64,000 nt of DNA, taken from Eledone cirrhosa. Taxonomy: Eukaryota. Positions 1 to 16,664 of this stretch are shown one piece after another. The stretch is taken from positions 57,908,001-57,972,000 of the forward strand of contig OZ024748.1 of NCBI GenBank assembly GCA_964016885.1. The letters are read 5' to 3'. The number at the start of each line of letters is the position of its first letter. Positions within the stretch are counted from its first letter, which is position 1. The notes under the pieces were generated by a model. The model saw only the letters and a program-made list of their open reading frames with translations, made no database searches and had not been told where the DNA came from. The translations under genes were made by a program, and so were the position numbers.

Positions 1-2695
1 TGGTGTTGGTTATTACCAGATCCTGCTGGTTTGACGGTCTTTTTTATTATTTATGTGCCATGTCGCTAATAAATCTATTTCCTTCAATATGTTAGCATTA
101 CGTTTGGTTTATTATAATGGCTAACATTTAATTATTGAAACAAAATTTCTAATATAGGTTACGAAAAGGTTCATATATGTACTTTTGGTTGGAATAATTC
201 AATAAGGACCTATCACAGATTGGCTATTCTGCTTTATAAAGGAAAATATGTTTCACAGTTCATGTAATACATTACTGGTTATGGACAGCTAGTTATGTGC
301 ATAACATTCGAAACACTGCTAACAATGGATGAACATCCACTCATAAATCAATATGGACATTATAAGTTGAATATGGTATGAAGGTAGGTATCACACATTG
401 CATCATCCATGTAGTAAACATAAAGGGGATATATATTAATATCATTTATTAGGCAATACATGTTTCAACGACCATGATTTAAATCTGCTACTTCCTGCAA
501 CTCATGGTTACCCGTTGCCTTATAATATATTTTCCCTGACTTGGTGATACATACTGAGAGGCGTTGACTGATACCCTGACTGTCAACACGTATGATACTC
601 GTTTGAGAGACTCGTATTTCCGCACCATACCTCATTGCTGGAGGCGGAATCTAGAGAAAAGCACAGTGATGCTATGTAATTAGCTACTGGAATGTTGATA
701 CCACATATTAAATGCAATTTCTTGTATTGTTTTAATGCAATTGAAATATTTCTATTCAATTCAGGATTAGTGGATAGTATGACTGTGGACACCCAGGAGC
801 GATAAAGGCATTTAATAGATCATCACGTATAACCGCAAGTAGGAGACACTAAGAAACGGTTAACAGATAATTGTCAATGGTATTTACAATTGCTTTCTTT
901 GGTTAAACTATTTTGTGTGGTGACACAAAATCACCTTATCGTTTTCATGCGTTTGCTTTCTGTAGATTTCATGGATTTACGTAAATCTGTCTAAAAGCAA
1001 TCATGTCGTCCGTAAATTAATGCGGTCGGAGACGTACATTGAAACACAAACAATCTTTGATCACATCGAAAAGTTTGTGACTTGATCTTATATTTATGGC
1101 CACATTTTCCTATAAATTTCTTCAAACCACATTAATATTGCCTTTGATGTTTGTCTCATCATTGCCATTAGTTTGCTTGTGCAACATGTTTGTATTCTCT
1201 GTGTGCATAATAACAAAGACGACCCGTTCTTAATATTAATCCATATAAACGATAATTGTAATGTATCATTTTATTGTAGGAATTAGTGGTTGAAGATACT
1301 TTACCTCTGATAGTTTATACTAAAGGAGTGGGGAAAATGGGAGGCTTTGTTTTGTCACTTGACCAAGAGAAAGCTATATAATTTATACGATTGTAAAATG
1401 TTGCTGTTAATCACACGCTCATCAAAATCTGTTTATCACCCAATGTATGAGTATATGCTCATGCTGGAATAATATCGGTTGGATTTGAGAACTGCACAAA
1501 TCACAGAATTATAAGTTCTATTATCTATTGTCACCGAACAGATAATAGAACTTATCATATATCATATTTACGTTTATATCATCTGGACTGATATTTATAG
1601 TATTTCCTGGTGAATACAATGAGTCGCAGTTCTAAATCTTGTTGTGGTGGGGCTGGTTAAATCTAGGGAAAATTGCAGGGGGTATAATAGCTGACTTTAA
1701 TATCTTTGGCTTTGAAAATACGGTATTTGTGATGTCTGAGGAATAGTTTATGGGAATGGATGAGAAATAATTTATCAAAGCACCTGTTTATTTTAAGATT
1801 ATTACATAAATTATTACATTTTATGATTAATATGGTTGTGATGAAACCTCATTATAATAAACTGTTACTTCATTCAATGCAGTTTCATTTTACAAGTTGC
1901 GTAAACGTCGCATATTATTTGAAAGATAATATTCATGAATACTGTTTGCTTGTTTGATTTATTATGGATATAATGTAAAGATTGATTAAGAAGAAAACAT
2001 CGTACTCAAGACTATATAAAATTTAAGTTATATTAGCAAAATTAAATATAATATTCTAATTGTGAGCAATAATTTACGAAACATACTATTTAAAATATTA
2101 TACAAAATATTTCTGAAATTCTCTACTTGAAGGTCATTAATGTTTACTTAAAAGAAATTAATATCATCATAAGGTCTACCGTGAAACCCGTGTAGATTTG
2201 TTTTAGACCATACAAATGAATGTGGAAATTTCTACCGAGTCCTTTAAACAGACATTAACAATAGTTCTTGCTCTTCTTAAACGGGCAGATCAACCCTGCA
2301 TTTTTTACGAACATTTCATAAATTATTTACAAAAGAAACAAATCAAATACAAAATAAAAATTCTATTCTTCATTATGACAAGTCTACTTTCAAGAAAATG
2401 TAGGAATATGCTCGAAATCATCTGTTTTAATGTAGGATGCAATAAGGCGGACGTTATAAGTAATGAAGCATAATGATTTTTGACGTATGCATTTCGTATT
2501 GGAAGAATAATATCGTAACATTATGTGATTATGTATTAGTGTTTACATCGAACGCTATTAAGATAATCCATGCGGTAAATTGTGCTGAAATAGCGTAATC
2601 GAAAAAAATGAGTGTTTAAAATAAATCACGTTTCAGCATTATATTCTCTGGCATATTCTTGCTAAAAGCTTCTTTTATACATACCTAAACGTATA

Positions 2696-3517
2696 TCTAA
2701 TACATATTTGTGAAATGGGTGGTGGTTGAAATTCAGATGTGCACGGTTAAATTGTAGTAGACGTGGTCGGACGGACATGAACATTTACACACCTATGTAA
2801 AAAGTGCCAAGGAAGCAAATAGACGAGGTTTCAAATCTCTAACTTGAAAAATGTGGTGCCTAGGGTCCCCAAACGGTCTATTTACTATCGCGTTCGGTGA
2901 GTTATTTTCCCCTGTTCTAATAATTGGCTGAGTTATTTACAATTGCATACACATTTTTAAACTTATCAACGTTCTTTCGCTGTTAACATACAGTACCAAT
3001 AATTTGAAAAATATTATTGAAAGTTTATTATAAAGAAGCAGTTTCAGGAAAAAAAGGTGTAAACTATCATACAAACCCTCATAATATGCATTTTTAAACT
3101 TGCATATCATCGACATTGCTATTTCGCTGTTAATAAACTATCATCCTTCTACATTTAACGATCATACAGTACCGTTTTATGAAATCGATTCTGCAGTACG
3201 GTTACTGTTTTCCATCAAAAGAAATAAAACCCTTAAATTAAGAAGGGACGCGTGTTTTTATTTTAATTCTAATACATGTTAACCACCACTAACAGTAAGT
3301 TGTATTTTTCAAATTGCATATCATCGACATTGCTATTTCGCTGTTAATAAACAACGCTTTCACGTCGCTCCACTTCTTATTGTACGCCGTCCAGCCCCAA
3401 GTGCATATTTCTATTTTTTTCCTGAAACTGCTTCAATATAATAAACTTTCAATAATATTTTTCAAATTATTAACTTAATAAAAAGTGGCCCCGGGTGCAA
3501 CCGGGCTCAGCTGCTAG
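2696..3517 (+). mobile_element. Non-autonomous Helitron
   Basis: A|TC start at 2696 (tentative). 3' hairpin cccgg-gtgcaa-ccggg at 3490-3505, then CTAG|T at 3514-3518. Confidence 0.65.
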
Positions 3518-3532
3518 TATATATATATATAT

Positions 3533-3700
3533 GCGAATTGACAGAGTCGTTAAGACGTCGGATAGAATGATTTACGGTATTCGTTCAACTTCATTGCATA
3601 CTCTGAGTTTAAATCCCATCGCGGACAACTTTGCCTTTCATCCTTTCAAGGTCCTGGGGTAGATTTTCTTCAATAGAAACATTTGGCTTTGTTCAAACAT
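3533..3700 (+). mobile_element. tRNA-derived SINE, family A (diverged)
   Basis: ctgagtttaaatccc...aactttgcctttcatcct core. Confidence 0.65.
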
Positions 3701-4237
3701 GGAGAGGGTTGGGCTACATCAGCTTTAAAAGTGCCCTAAACACGCCATTTGACGGTGCACTACGACTCCACAATGATGTATGGTACCTTTATCCTTATAC
3801 ATATACATAGAGCCATCACATACACACGAATGTGCTTGTCTGTGCGTGCGTAGACATAAAGAAATCTAGATGAACTTTCGAACTAATCAATCCGCAGTGA
3901 GCTGATTAATCTTTCAGTTAAACATGTTAAGTGATAATGTATTTCAATCGCATATACAAGAGATGGGACATGAATAGACCTTTTTTTTTTTTGTCGAATT
4001 ATTTTTTTCCTCGGCTTTTCCAATTCTTCTTTAAATACTCTTTTCCTAATATGTCAAGCGTAAAACTAATATATTTACTGATTGTTTCGTTTGCTTTGTT
4101 ATCTCTGTATGTATGCTTCATTTCGAAATGTCACAAGCTCAGCCCTGGCACTCTACTGTATTTACACTCTACTACACTAAGTATCGAGTACTTACTGGTT
4201 TAAAAGTGATATAATCCTGATTTTTCTCTCTCTGTAT

Positions 4238-4310
<73 letters not shown>

Positions 4311-5054
4311 TACACATACATACACGAGATATTAACATGTTAGGTGTTGAAAGATACTTTGAAGTTACATGAACATTCCTCTTATCATGTGTTCGTAATA
4401 TGAGGAAAAAACCGATAAAAGCTAGAATGGACATGAAAGAAATCAACTAACACGTAAAATGATGAATTAAAAAAAATGTGTCCAACTTTACACTTTTATT
4501 TACTGATTGCAACGCTATTGTCAGTAAACATTTCGAGTTATAAGGAAATATGTGTTTCTTTTATCTTATGTCCAATCCTAAACTTGGCTTCTCTGAACCT
4601 TCATATTCCTTCTATTATTTTATACGTTTAAGTGAATACGTTTTAACTTTTCTTTTGTCCGAAAAGGACGTATGTAATGAATCATAACCTAATGATATTG
4701 AAGGCAATGAAGAGGTCGGCAACACGAACATAAGAATTCAACGAAGAAGAACGATGTTATAAATTGCATTGCGAAATATTTTGTATAAGAGCTTGGTAAC
4801 TTTATTTATTTATAAATCTGTCATAATGATGTTTTGTAAATTGAAAATAAGACAGAATTTAATGATTCTCTGTGTAATATCATATATTCTCAGCAAAAAA
4901 TAACTTCACTTTGACTTCAGGTTATCTATATCAACTAGTAGTATTGGTGTTACACGAGGTGAACTCTCATCAAACAGATTCATTGTTGAAATGATTTCAT
5001 TTGGGACAATGCCAACATTTTAGGATTACATGTAATTATATGTATCGTTCAAGC

Positions 5055-5270
5055 GCGGTGGATTGGCAGTATCGGTAGAGGGTTGGAAGCCATGTTTTGC
5101 CGCATAGTTACGGCCCTTTATGATCTAAGTTCAAATCTCGCCGAGGTTAACTTTGCCCTTCATCCTTACGGAGTCAATAAAATAACATACCAGTCAGGCA
5201 CTGGGGTCAATTTCGTCGACATTTCCCTCCCCCGAAATGTCTGACCTTGTGCCTATATAAGAAAGCATTA
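5055..5270 (+). mobile_element. tRNA-derived SINE, family A
   Basis: A-box-like tggcagtatcggtag, B-box gttcaaatct and gcccttcatccttacgg core. Confidence 0.8.
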
Positions 5271-6512
5271 AATGTATCGGTCAAATTCTAAAAGTAATGG
5301 CTTGTAGTTTTAGATAGTAGCATGGAGTACATTTATGGAAGGTTCCATCCACTATATCTATTTTTCCCGATAACCTTTGAAGATCTGTTGCTGATTCAAC
5401 ACTATTCTTCTTACTACGATTCGACATACTGCTATTAATTTGTTCCATTTTTCGTACGTATATATTATCGATCTTAATGTAGCGGTTTAAGCTTATTGTC
5501 ACCAAATTATTACACTAACTTCGGTTAAGTAATGTAAATAAGAATGTTTTCTCACTCATTAAATCTTCAAGTGTACTACGTAGTATCCGAACTACACCAC
5601 GTATACCTAACATCATTCTAAAATAACTTGTTTCTGACCAGTATATCGAAAGATACTAAATAATCGGCATCTTTATATCATATATTATAGATTATGATTT
5701 CTGTTCTTCGAGTGTATGTTTAGAGAATTATTGTAATCATGGGAATATCAAATCAATAAATTTTACATTTATCTCTGATTCTTTTACTCACATTAAATAT
5801 ACTCCAAATGATTTAAGAACCTTATTGTCTTCATTTTGAAATTGACATATTTCACTCAAAGAATTAATCAGGTTTGAAAGTGTTGGATGTTAAGGGACAT
5901 GTTAGTTGTCATATTATCAATTATATTTTACAATTATAATCTCCCAGCGTGATTTCCCTCAACATAACGTATACGAATCGACTTCATTTACCTTTCTAAA
6001 TATGTCCTATGTATTAGGTCTTCAATTCAACGTGTTATCTAACAGGTCAACAAAACGTGCGTTTGTTTCAGCTGGAATTAATGATAAAGATCATACAGAG
6101 ACATAATTTGTAAAACTACATCGAGCTGCCGGAGATTCATATTACGTGTAATAATTGATTCTATTTTAGACACAAGGCCGGTAATAGCAGGAAATCGATT
6201 AAATCTGTTTCCAGTACTTGGCTGGAGCTTTTTTTTATTGAGGTAGGACCAATAGAAGGTGAAGTTGACAGTGTGATATAAATCCACAAATTGCATATAA
6301 TTACATGCAAACCATATGAATATAAAACGAGCTGTAAATTATTTTAGAGTTTAATAAATGATATAAAACTAACAAATATGTATTTTCCGTGGCATGATGT
6401 TAGCTAAAATATCATAGTGTTAGTTTTCGTTACACAGACATTTTGTAAAAAGAAATTTTGACAATTATTTATTTAATATAAACATACATACATATATATA
6501 TATGTATGTATA

Positions 6513-6569
<57 letters not shown>

Positions 6570-6585
6570 GTGTATACATATATAC

Positions 6586-6641
<56 letters not shown>

Positions 6642-6749
6642 TAAATAGTTGTCAACATTTAGTGTTATCTAACTGGGTGACGTGCCCAAGATATTCAGTA
6701 AAATATCAATCTGTAAAATTTATATTACATCTGTCTTCGCATATACATA

Positions 6750-7000
6750 TCTACTTATATATATAACCAGCAATTTCTCTGTCTGTCTGTCCGACAGTGG
6801 AAACACGTGCGGAGAGTGAAAGAAAGAGACAGACTACGAGAGGGGGATAGCGGGAGGGAGAGAGAGAGAGAGTGAATAGACGCTAAAACACGTGCTACAG
6901 AAACATTACCTTCTACTCTCCACTGACTTTGGTCACTGAGGCCGAGGGAATCGCTGGTTGCTATAGAGACACCTTGCACAAGCCAGAAATAACCAGTTCG
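6750..7000 (+). mobile_element. Helitron-like 5' end, copy 1
   Basis: TCTACTTATATATATAACCAGCAATTTCTCTGTCTGTCTGTCCG; homologous to 7695-7995. Confidence 0.5.
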
Positions 7001-7694
7001 AGGCGGTTCTTACTTGACACCATGCGAAGGTTGCCATTGAATTTGTGGTTTTGCTGCTGATAATAAGGACCATTTGAAGAAGGTTGCTGCTGATGGGGTA
7101 ATTTATTAATCAGATTGCGCAGTTCTATAACCTAAGTTTGATTTGTTCAATTTTTTTCTTCAATTTTTTTTGTTGTTGTTTTTTTTATTTCTTATTGAAA
7201 AAATAACAATAATAAAATAAGGTTAGAAATTTAAATAAAATTAAATACGATTTAATTTCCATTTCCAGCAGCCAATGTCCAGTGTTCAATTTCATGAAAA
7301 AATTGGAAATAATTCAAAAAATTGAAGTTTAACTTTTGAACATTTGTTTTGACAGTAAAAAAGTATTTCCTTATTCACACTTAATGGTATGATTAAAATT
7401 TCATAGGAATATTTTTTTCTAACCGCCAGTTATGTAAATATTATTAAAAAAAAAAAAAAAAAAAAAAAATAGAAGATTTTGTGGATTTTTTTACCACCTT
7501 CCAAGCCATAAACACTAATTCTCGCGAATTTGTGTTTTGTAATGACACTCAGGACGCTGCTATTGTTGATTCCAATAGTGCCTGGTATTCGAATATGTTA
7601 GTACACAATTTTTTGAATAAAATTAAGGCTCAATTATATATATATATTATGGGGATGATGATGATGATATACATAGTTACATATGTATATGTAA

Positions 7695-7995
7695 TCTCCT
7701 TATAATATATAACCAGCAATTTCTCTCTCTGTCTGTCTGTCCGACAGTGGAAACAGGTGCGCGCGTGTGAATGTTTTTTGCGCACGCGTAGAGAGTGAGA
7801 GTGAGTGTGAAATAAAGAGAAGACTACGAAAGGGGGATAGCACGAGGGAGAGAGTGAATAGACGCTAAAACACGTGCGCGTATGCGAATGTTTTTTGCGC
7901 ACTCGTAGATAGAGTGAGAGTGAAAGAAAGAGACAGACTACAAGAGGGGCATAGCGGGAGGGAGAAAGGGGGAATTGAGGAGTGCTACAGAAACA
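7695..7995 (+). mobile_element. Helitron-like 5' end, copy 2, with internal ~115-bp tandem duplication
   Basis: Same head as 6750; the segment gaatgttttttgcgcac...agactac...gatagc..gagggaga occurs twice. Confidence 0.5.
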
Positions 7996-8101
7996 TATAT
8001 ATATTTCTGTGTGTGTGTAATATATATATATATATATATACATTTCTGTGTGTGTAATATATATATAGACTAGAACTGTTTCATTCTTGAGAAATCACCA
8101 G

Positions 8102-8140
<39 letters not shown>

Positions 8141-8639
8141 TTAGTTTCAGAAGATCCCGTTAAGGGTGAAAGCAGCGATTCTTTGCTTAAAATTTAATAT
8201 TTTATTTTAATAAATATATATATATTATATATAAATAAATGTACGTATGTAATATATTAATAATATATAATGTATGTATATATAATATATAATATATATA
8301 TATATATATGTTAGTAAATACGAAGAAATATTTATACTATTCCACAAACATACAATATATATGTTATGTCGTTGACCACTGATTCCAACAACCAGCGTTC
8401 TAGGCCAGCACGTGACACCTGCGTTCCCAGCCATGGCACGCGCGACCTTGGAGTAGTTACCATGGAGATCTAGCCAGACACAGCCGAGTTCTTTGAATTT
8501 ACAGACAACTTTAAAACTGGCTTTTGGTGTTTTAACCAACTCACTGGGGCTGAGCATATAATATATATATATATGTGTGTGTGTGTATGCGTGTGTGTGT
8601 GTGTTATATGTGTGTGTGTATGTGTGTGCGTGTGTGTGT

Positions 8640-8670
<31 letters not shown>

Positions 8671-8703
8671 TATGTGTGTGTGTATGTGTGTGCGTGTGTG
8701 TTA

Positions 8704-8758
<55 letters not shown>

Positions 8759-9092
8759 ATATATATATATATATAATATATGTATATTATGTGTCTCTCT
8801 ATATATATACATATATATAGGTTTAAGTGTGTATGTGCGTGTGTATGTGTGTGTTAGCGTGTGTGCATATGTGCGTATGTATGAGTGTGTATGGTATGTG
8901 TGTGTTAGCGTAGGTGTCTGTATGCGTGTGTCTGTGTGTATCTGTGTAAGTGTTTGTGTGTGTGTACAGGAAGTCATAAGTTTCCTAAAATATGTCTGTA
9001 TGCTTAATTTTTCTTAAAAATTATAAACTGGTTCTTTCTATCACAGATAATAATCTGATTTGAGAATAATGCATCTCAAAATATGAACATGG

Positions 9093-9164
<72 letters not shown>

Positions 9165-9219
9165 CTGTGTTTGTGTTTGTGTGTGTGTTAAATATATATC
9201 GACGAGCAGAAAACCACCC

Positions 9220-9470
9220 ACTATATATATAAAACTGAGGATGTCTGTCTGTGTGTATGAGTTTGAATCCCTAAAAGTCGAGAAGCACCCAACCGACTAT
9301 TTTCAAACATTATACATGTCATACGTATGTGTCAGGGAGTGTTTTGAGCAAAAGAAATTTCAAATTTTCAATGCCCTAGGGGCCGTATTAGCTGATTAAA
9401 CGATCTCTCTCTATAATTTTAGATCATTGGCTGGGATAAAAAGACACATTCGATCGCAGCGCTGTTAGTT
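9220..9470 (+). mobile_element. Helitron-like 5' fragment
   Basis: ctatatatataaaactgaggatgtctgtctgtgtgt...caaccgactattttcaaac, the usual head layout of short non-autonomous Helitrons. Confidence 0.45.
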
Positions 9471-9658
9471 GCTATCGTGTGTGTGTGTGTGTGTATAGAT
9501 ATGCTCATGTGTGTAGTGTATATGTATATGTATATTATTATTGTTGTTGTAATTATTATTATTGTTGTTATTATTATTATTATTAGTATTATTGTTGTTA
9601 TTAATGTATGTGTATGTGTATTATTGTGTGTGTGTATATGTGTATGTATGTGTGTATG

Positions 9659-9689
<31 letters not shown>

Positions 9690-9857
9690 GTATATATATA
9701 TATAACAAAATATTAATAAATAAATAAAAAAGAAAAAAAAAAGAAATTAAAAAAAATACTATATATATATATATATACAAGGGCGGTGCCCCAGCATGGC
9801 CTCAGCCGGATGGCTGAAACAGGTAAAAGAGTAAAAGAGTATATACATATATATATG

Positions 9858-9916
<59 letters not shown>

Positions 9917-10076
9917 TTTTTTTTAATTTCTTTATTTTTTCTTTTTTATTTATTTATTAATATTGTTTTTTCTCCTCGTGCAATGACCATACTCGATAAC
10001 GAGGGGGCAGCCATCATATATATATATAGATATATGTATGTATATATGTATGTATGTATATATGTATGTATATATG

Positions 10077-10107
<31 letters not shown>

Positions 10108-10461
10108 ATATGTATATATATATATATATATATGTATGTATATATGTAAATATATATATATACAGATAGAAAGATATATGTATGTATATACGTATATATA
10201 TATATGTATGTATATATGTAAATATATATATATATATATATACAGATAGATAGATAGATATATGTATGTATATACGTATATATATATATGTATGTATATA
10301 CGTATATATATATATGTATGTATATATGTAAATATATATATATATATATATACAGATAGATAGATATATGTATGTATATACGTATATATATATATGTATG
10401 TATATATGTAAATATATATATATATATATATACAGATAGATAGATATATGTATGTATATAC

Positions 10462-10511
<50 letters not shown>

Positions 10512-10519
<8 letters not shown>

Positions 10520-10874
10520 ACAATTTGGAAGGGTCATGTTGCCAATAAGAAACACACGCACCAGTTGCTTTCACTTCAATTTATTATAATAAATTTATAA
10601 ATTTCTGGTTGGTTGGTTGGTTCCACAACCAGATAGTTGTTTATATATTAAACAAAAGACAAAGAAAAGACTCCCCAGTTACTGAAGAGGTCACATAATG
10701 TGTGACGGAAGAACTTTGACAATATATAAACAACTATCTGGTTGTGGAACCAGCTAACCAACCAGAAATTTATAAATTCATAAATTTATAAATTTATTAT
10801 AATAAATTGAAGTGAATGCATGTGGTGCGCGTGTTTCTTATTGGCAACATGACCCTCCCAATGTATTACAATAT
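10512..10874. mobile_element. Fold-back (inverted pLTR-like) element in TA microsatellite
   Basis: Inverted arms of about 135-150 bp (10512-10649 and 10721-10874) around a hammerhead-containing spacer. A related single copy lies at 14051-14325. Confidence 0.7.
10678..10720 (+). ncRNA. Mutated copy of the 14199-14241 hammerhead fold
   Basis: GTTA-CTGAAGA-G-GTCACA-taatg-TGTGAC-GGAA-GAACTT-TGAC; GAAA is changed to GGAA. Confidence 0.55.
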
Positions 10875-10930
10875 CGGTTTCAACACACGATTTCAGATAA
10901 AGAATCTTGCAAAACAAATTCAGAAACGAA

Positions 10931-13392
<2,462 letters not shown>

Positions 13393-13397
<5 letters not shown>

Positions 13398-13596
13398 AAC
13401 CAGTAAGACCCCGACAGCTGAGCTCAAGCCGTTTCGACGGCTAATTCTGGACTGAATTGAGTCCAGAATTAGCCGTCGAAACGGCTTGAGCTCAGCTGTC
13501 GGTGTCTTACTGGTTCCTATTACCCACTCTACTACCTCAAGTATTGAGTACTTTGGTGCGTTATGGTCCACCTGGTTCCTTACCACATTTCCTTCG

Positions 13597-13597
<1 letters not shown>
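13393..13597. mobile_element. Fold-back element in TA microsatellite (128-bp palindrome plus unique tail)
   Basis: 13393-13520 is self-complementary with 2 mismatches. Related sequence at about 4120-4240 and 63700-63742. Confidence 0.65.
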
Positions 13598-13657
<60 letters not shown>

Positions 13658-13811
13658 TGTATATCTATATATATATACAAATAGATAGAAATATATATAT
13701 ATATATATATATATATAGATAGATATATGTATGTATATATATATATATATAGAGAGAGAGATAGATATATGTATGTATATATATATATATAGAGAGATAG
13801 ATATATGTATG

Positions 13812-13847
<36 letters not shown>

Positions 13848-13855
13848 TATATATG

Positions 13856-13889
<34 letters not shown>

Positions 13890-13901
13890 TAGATATATGT
13901 T

Positions 13902-13957
<56 letters not shown>

Positions 13958-13969
13958 TAGATATATGTT

Positions 13970-14021
<52 letters not shown>

Positions 14022-14050
14022 TAGATAGATATATGTATATATATATATAT

Positions 14051-14325
14051 ATATTGTTATACTTAGGGTGGGTCATGTTGCCAATAAGAAACACACGCAC
14101 CACGAGTTTCACTTCAATTTATTATAATAAATTTATAATAAATTTATAAATTTCTGGTTGGCCGGTTGGTTCTACAACCAGATAGTTGTTTATATATTGT
14201 CATAGTTCTTTCGTCACACACTCTGTGACCTCTTCAGTGACTGGGGATTCCTTTCTTTGTTTCTTTGCCTCTCCTTTGTTCTGTCCTACGCCATTTTGTT
14301 GCTGTGTGTGTGTTGTGTGCTCAGT
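14051..14325 (-). mobile_element. Non-palindromic copy of the 10512 family with intact hammerhead core
   Basis: Near-identical to 10512-10649 (ggtcatgttgccaataagaaacacacgcac...), then continues through the ribozyme fold; TA-flanked. Confidence 0.7.
14199..14241 (-). ncRNA. Minimal type I hammerhead ribozyme fold
   Basis: Minus strand: GTCA-CTGAAGA-G-GTCACA-gagtg-TGTGAC-GAA-AG-aa-CT-A-TGAC. Core intact, 6-bp stem II, 4-bp stem I. Confidence 0.7.
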
Positions 14326-14408
14326 CTGTATATGTATATGTATACAGATAGATAGATATATGTATGTATATATGTATATATATATACAGATAGATAGATA
14401 TATGTATA

Positions 14409-14448
<40 letters not shown>

Positions 14449-15328
14449 GATAGATAGATATATGTATGTATATATGTATATATATATATATATATACAGA
14501 TAGATAGATATTGTTATTCTTGGGGAGCTCATTGCCGGCCCACATTGGAGTTGCTTGCACGCACGGCTTTGGTGACTCGGATTCTCAACTGGACAACGGT
14601 ACACAAGGAGTTCGACATGAGCTGATTGCTTGCTCTTCAAATGGATGTGTATATAGCCGGACATACCCCCTCCCCTCATTTTCCGGACGATTCGGATGTC
14701 TATATACCATATCCCATAACACACACTTGAAAATATGGATGGTACAATTGGATCTATACACGTATAGCAGAACACTGAACTGAACTTACTTGACGCACGC
14801 GCGTGTTTGTGTGTGTATGTTTGTAGCGCTGTTTAACCCATTATTTCCAATTTACATCATCAAATTGAGATTTGACCGACATAGCTTCTGTTGCTTGCGA
14901 ACTAACTTTTCGGTGAGTGCTGTGTTGATACATTCTTATAAGTGTTTTTTTCTCGGACGTCGCTTCGGTGTGTGTGAAAGAGTGTGTGTGTACCCACCCA
15001 CGCTAATTCTGCAGGTTTAATACTGTGTTGATGTGTGTATATATATGTATATATTTTTCTTTGAAATTGCGCCGACGTATGTTGGTGTGGAGTGTGTTTG
15101 TACCCACTCACATTTAACTGTCACTGACTGTATCCCTACAGATTTGATTGATGTCCGGCGTCTTTTGCAGCGATAGAAATCTGAAAACTTTTATGACCTC
15201 AACTAAAGCTAATAGCAGTCGCCATGTCTCTGACTGACTGGTGTGTCTCCATATGTAGAATGAATTCTGTGAGAGAACATCCTTATTTTTGTTCTAACTT
15301 ATATCAAGAATTTGAAGGCAATTCATTT

Positions 15329-15402
15329 TCACCTGATGAGATCAGTGATAATCCATCATGGCTTCACAATTGATCTATCTCTTATTGAAACATGCGTCGT
15401 GA
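15329..15402 (+). ncRNA. Type I hammerhead-like fold with expanded stem II
   Basis: TCAC-CTGATGA-GATCA...TGATC-tatctcttatt-GAA-AC-atgc-GT-C-GTGA. Stem I TCAC/GTGA closes directly after a GUC triplet. Confidence 0.6.
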
Positions 15403-15774
15403 TTAAATGATTGGAATTTTACCTTGCCTTCGGATTTTCATTTTGATACTTATACTCCATTTTACATCATCTAGCTGTTCCCTCGAATAGAATTGTAGAT
15501 ATACAAAAGCCTGGAGAACTTAATATTGCTAGCATAAAGTTATTGGACAATTTTACACAACCAATAATGCACCTTACTATATAACAACTATATATCTATA
15601 TATAAAGATATGTGTATGTATATATATATATATGTATGTATATATATATATATTTGTATGTATATATATATATATGTATATAAATATATATGTATATATG
15701 TATGTATATATATAGATATATGTATGTATATATATATATATGTATGTATATATATAGATATATGTATGTATATA

Positions 15775-15810
<36 letters not shown>

Positions 15811-15819
15811 TGTATGTAT

Positions 15820-16442
15820 GTGCTACTGGTAACATGTATCCCAGTACAACCTGTCTCATGGTCGGGTCGTTGGCGACTAAACTGGCAACCCCACCAAGGT
15901 TTCTTGGTGAGGAGGGTGACTTTGGACATCCTGCAGGACTAAAAACAAAACCTGTCAAAGGGCAAAGGAGCTCTTAAGAGTCAATGGCCATCCAAAATCA
16001 CCGGGAGAGATGACCCCTTTAGCCTTAGTCAAGGCAGAATTCTAGGAGAAGGAAAACTCTGATATAACACCTGCAACCCTGATGGTATCCAATGATGTTG
16101 ACTTGTTCTTCTTTTTGGTAAATAGCATATTGGTTAAGAGAGTGGGACTGGCTTTGTGCAGTGCCTTTGCTCACTATAAAAGCTTCACGGCACAGGCATT
16201 GCTTTATATCTGGAGATCTCTCTGCACTTGTCCTCACATGGGCCCAGCACTATGTGTCAATAATTGTCCTACCATGGGCCTAGCACTATGTGTCAATAAT
16301 TGTCACAGGTGTAGTGTTTGTACAAGAGGTTTCAAGTCGCTGGCTGGACTAAAAAGTCACACTCGTTCAGCGCTTCGGTAGGGGTTATCCTACATGGATG
16401 TAAAGTAGTGGCCGTACTCGAAAACGAGTTGGCAGCCACCAT
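15820..16442 (+). mobile_element. Non-autonomous, internally deleted RTE-like retroelement, copy 1
   Basis: Nearly identical to 39883-40491. RTE-5'UTR-like motif ctaggagaaggaaaactctga; C2H2-like remnant [17 protein letters not shown]; 3' hairpin actcg-aaaa-cgagt followed by microsatellite. Confidence 0.65.
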
Positions 16443-16664
16443 GTATGTATGTATATATATATATGTGTATGTATGTATATATATATATGTATATATATAT
16501 ATGTGTATATATATATATATATGTGTATATATATATATATATATGTGTATATATATATATATGTGTGTATATATATATATATGTGTGTATATATATATAT
16601 ATGTGTGTATATATATATATATGTGTGTATATATATATATATATATGTGTGTATATATATATAT

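Noticed and set aside
1511-1555. 16-bp inverted repeat with 13-nt loop
   Set aside because: Real but short, AT-rich and isolated; no ribozyme core or family context.
5055-5145. tRNA gene candidates at SINE heads (A/B boxes)
   Set aside because: No cloverleaf; part of a dispersed SINE with shared body and tail.
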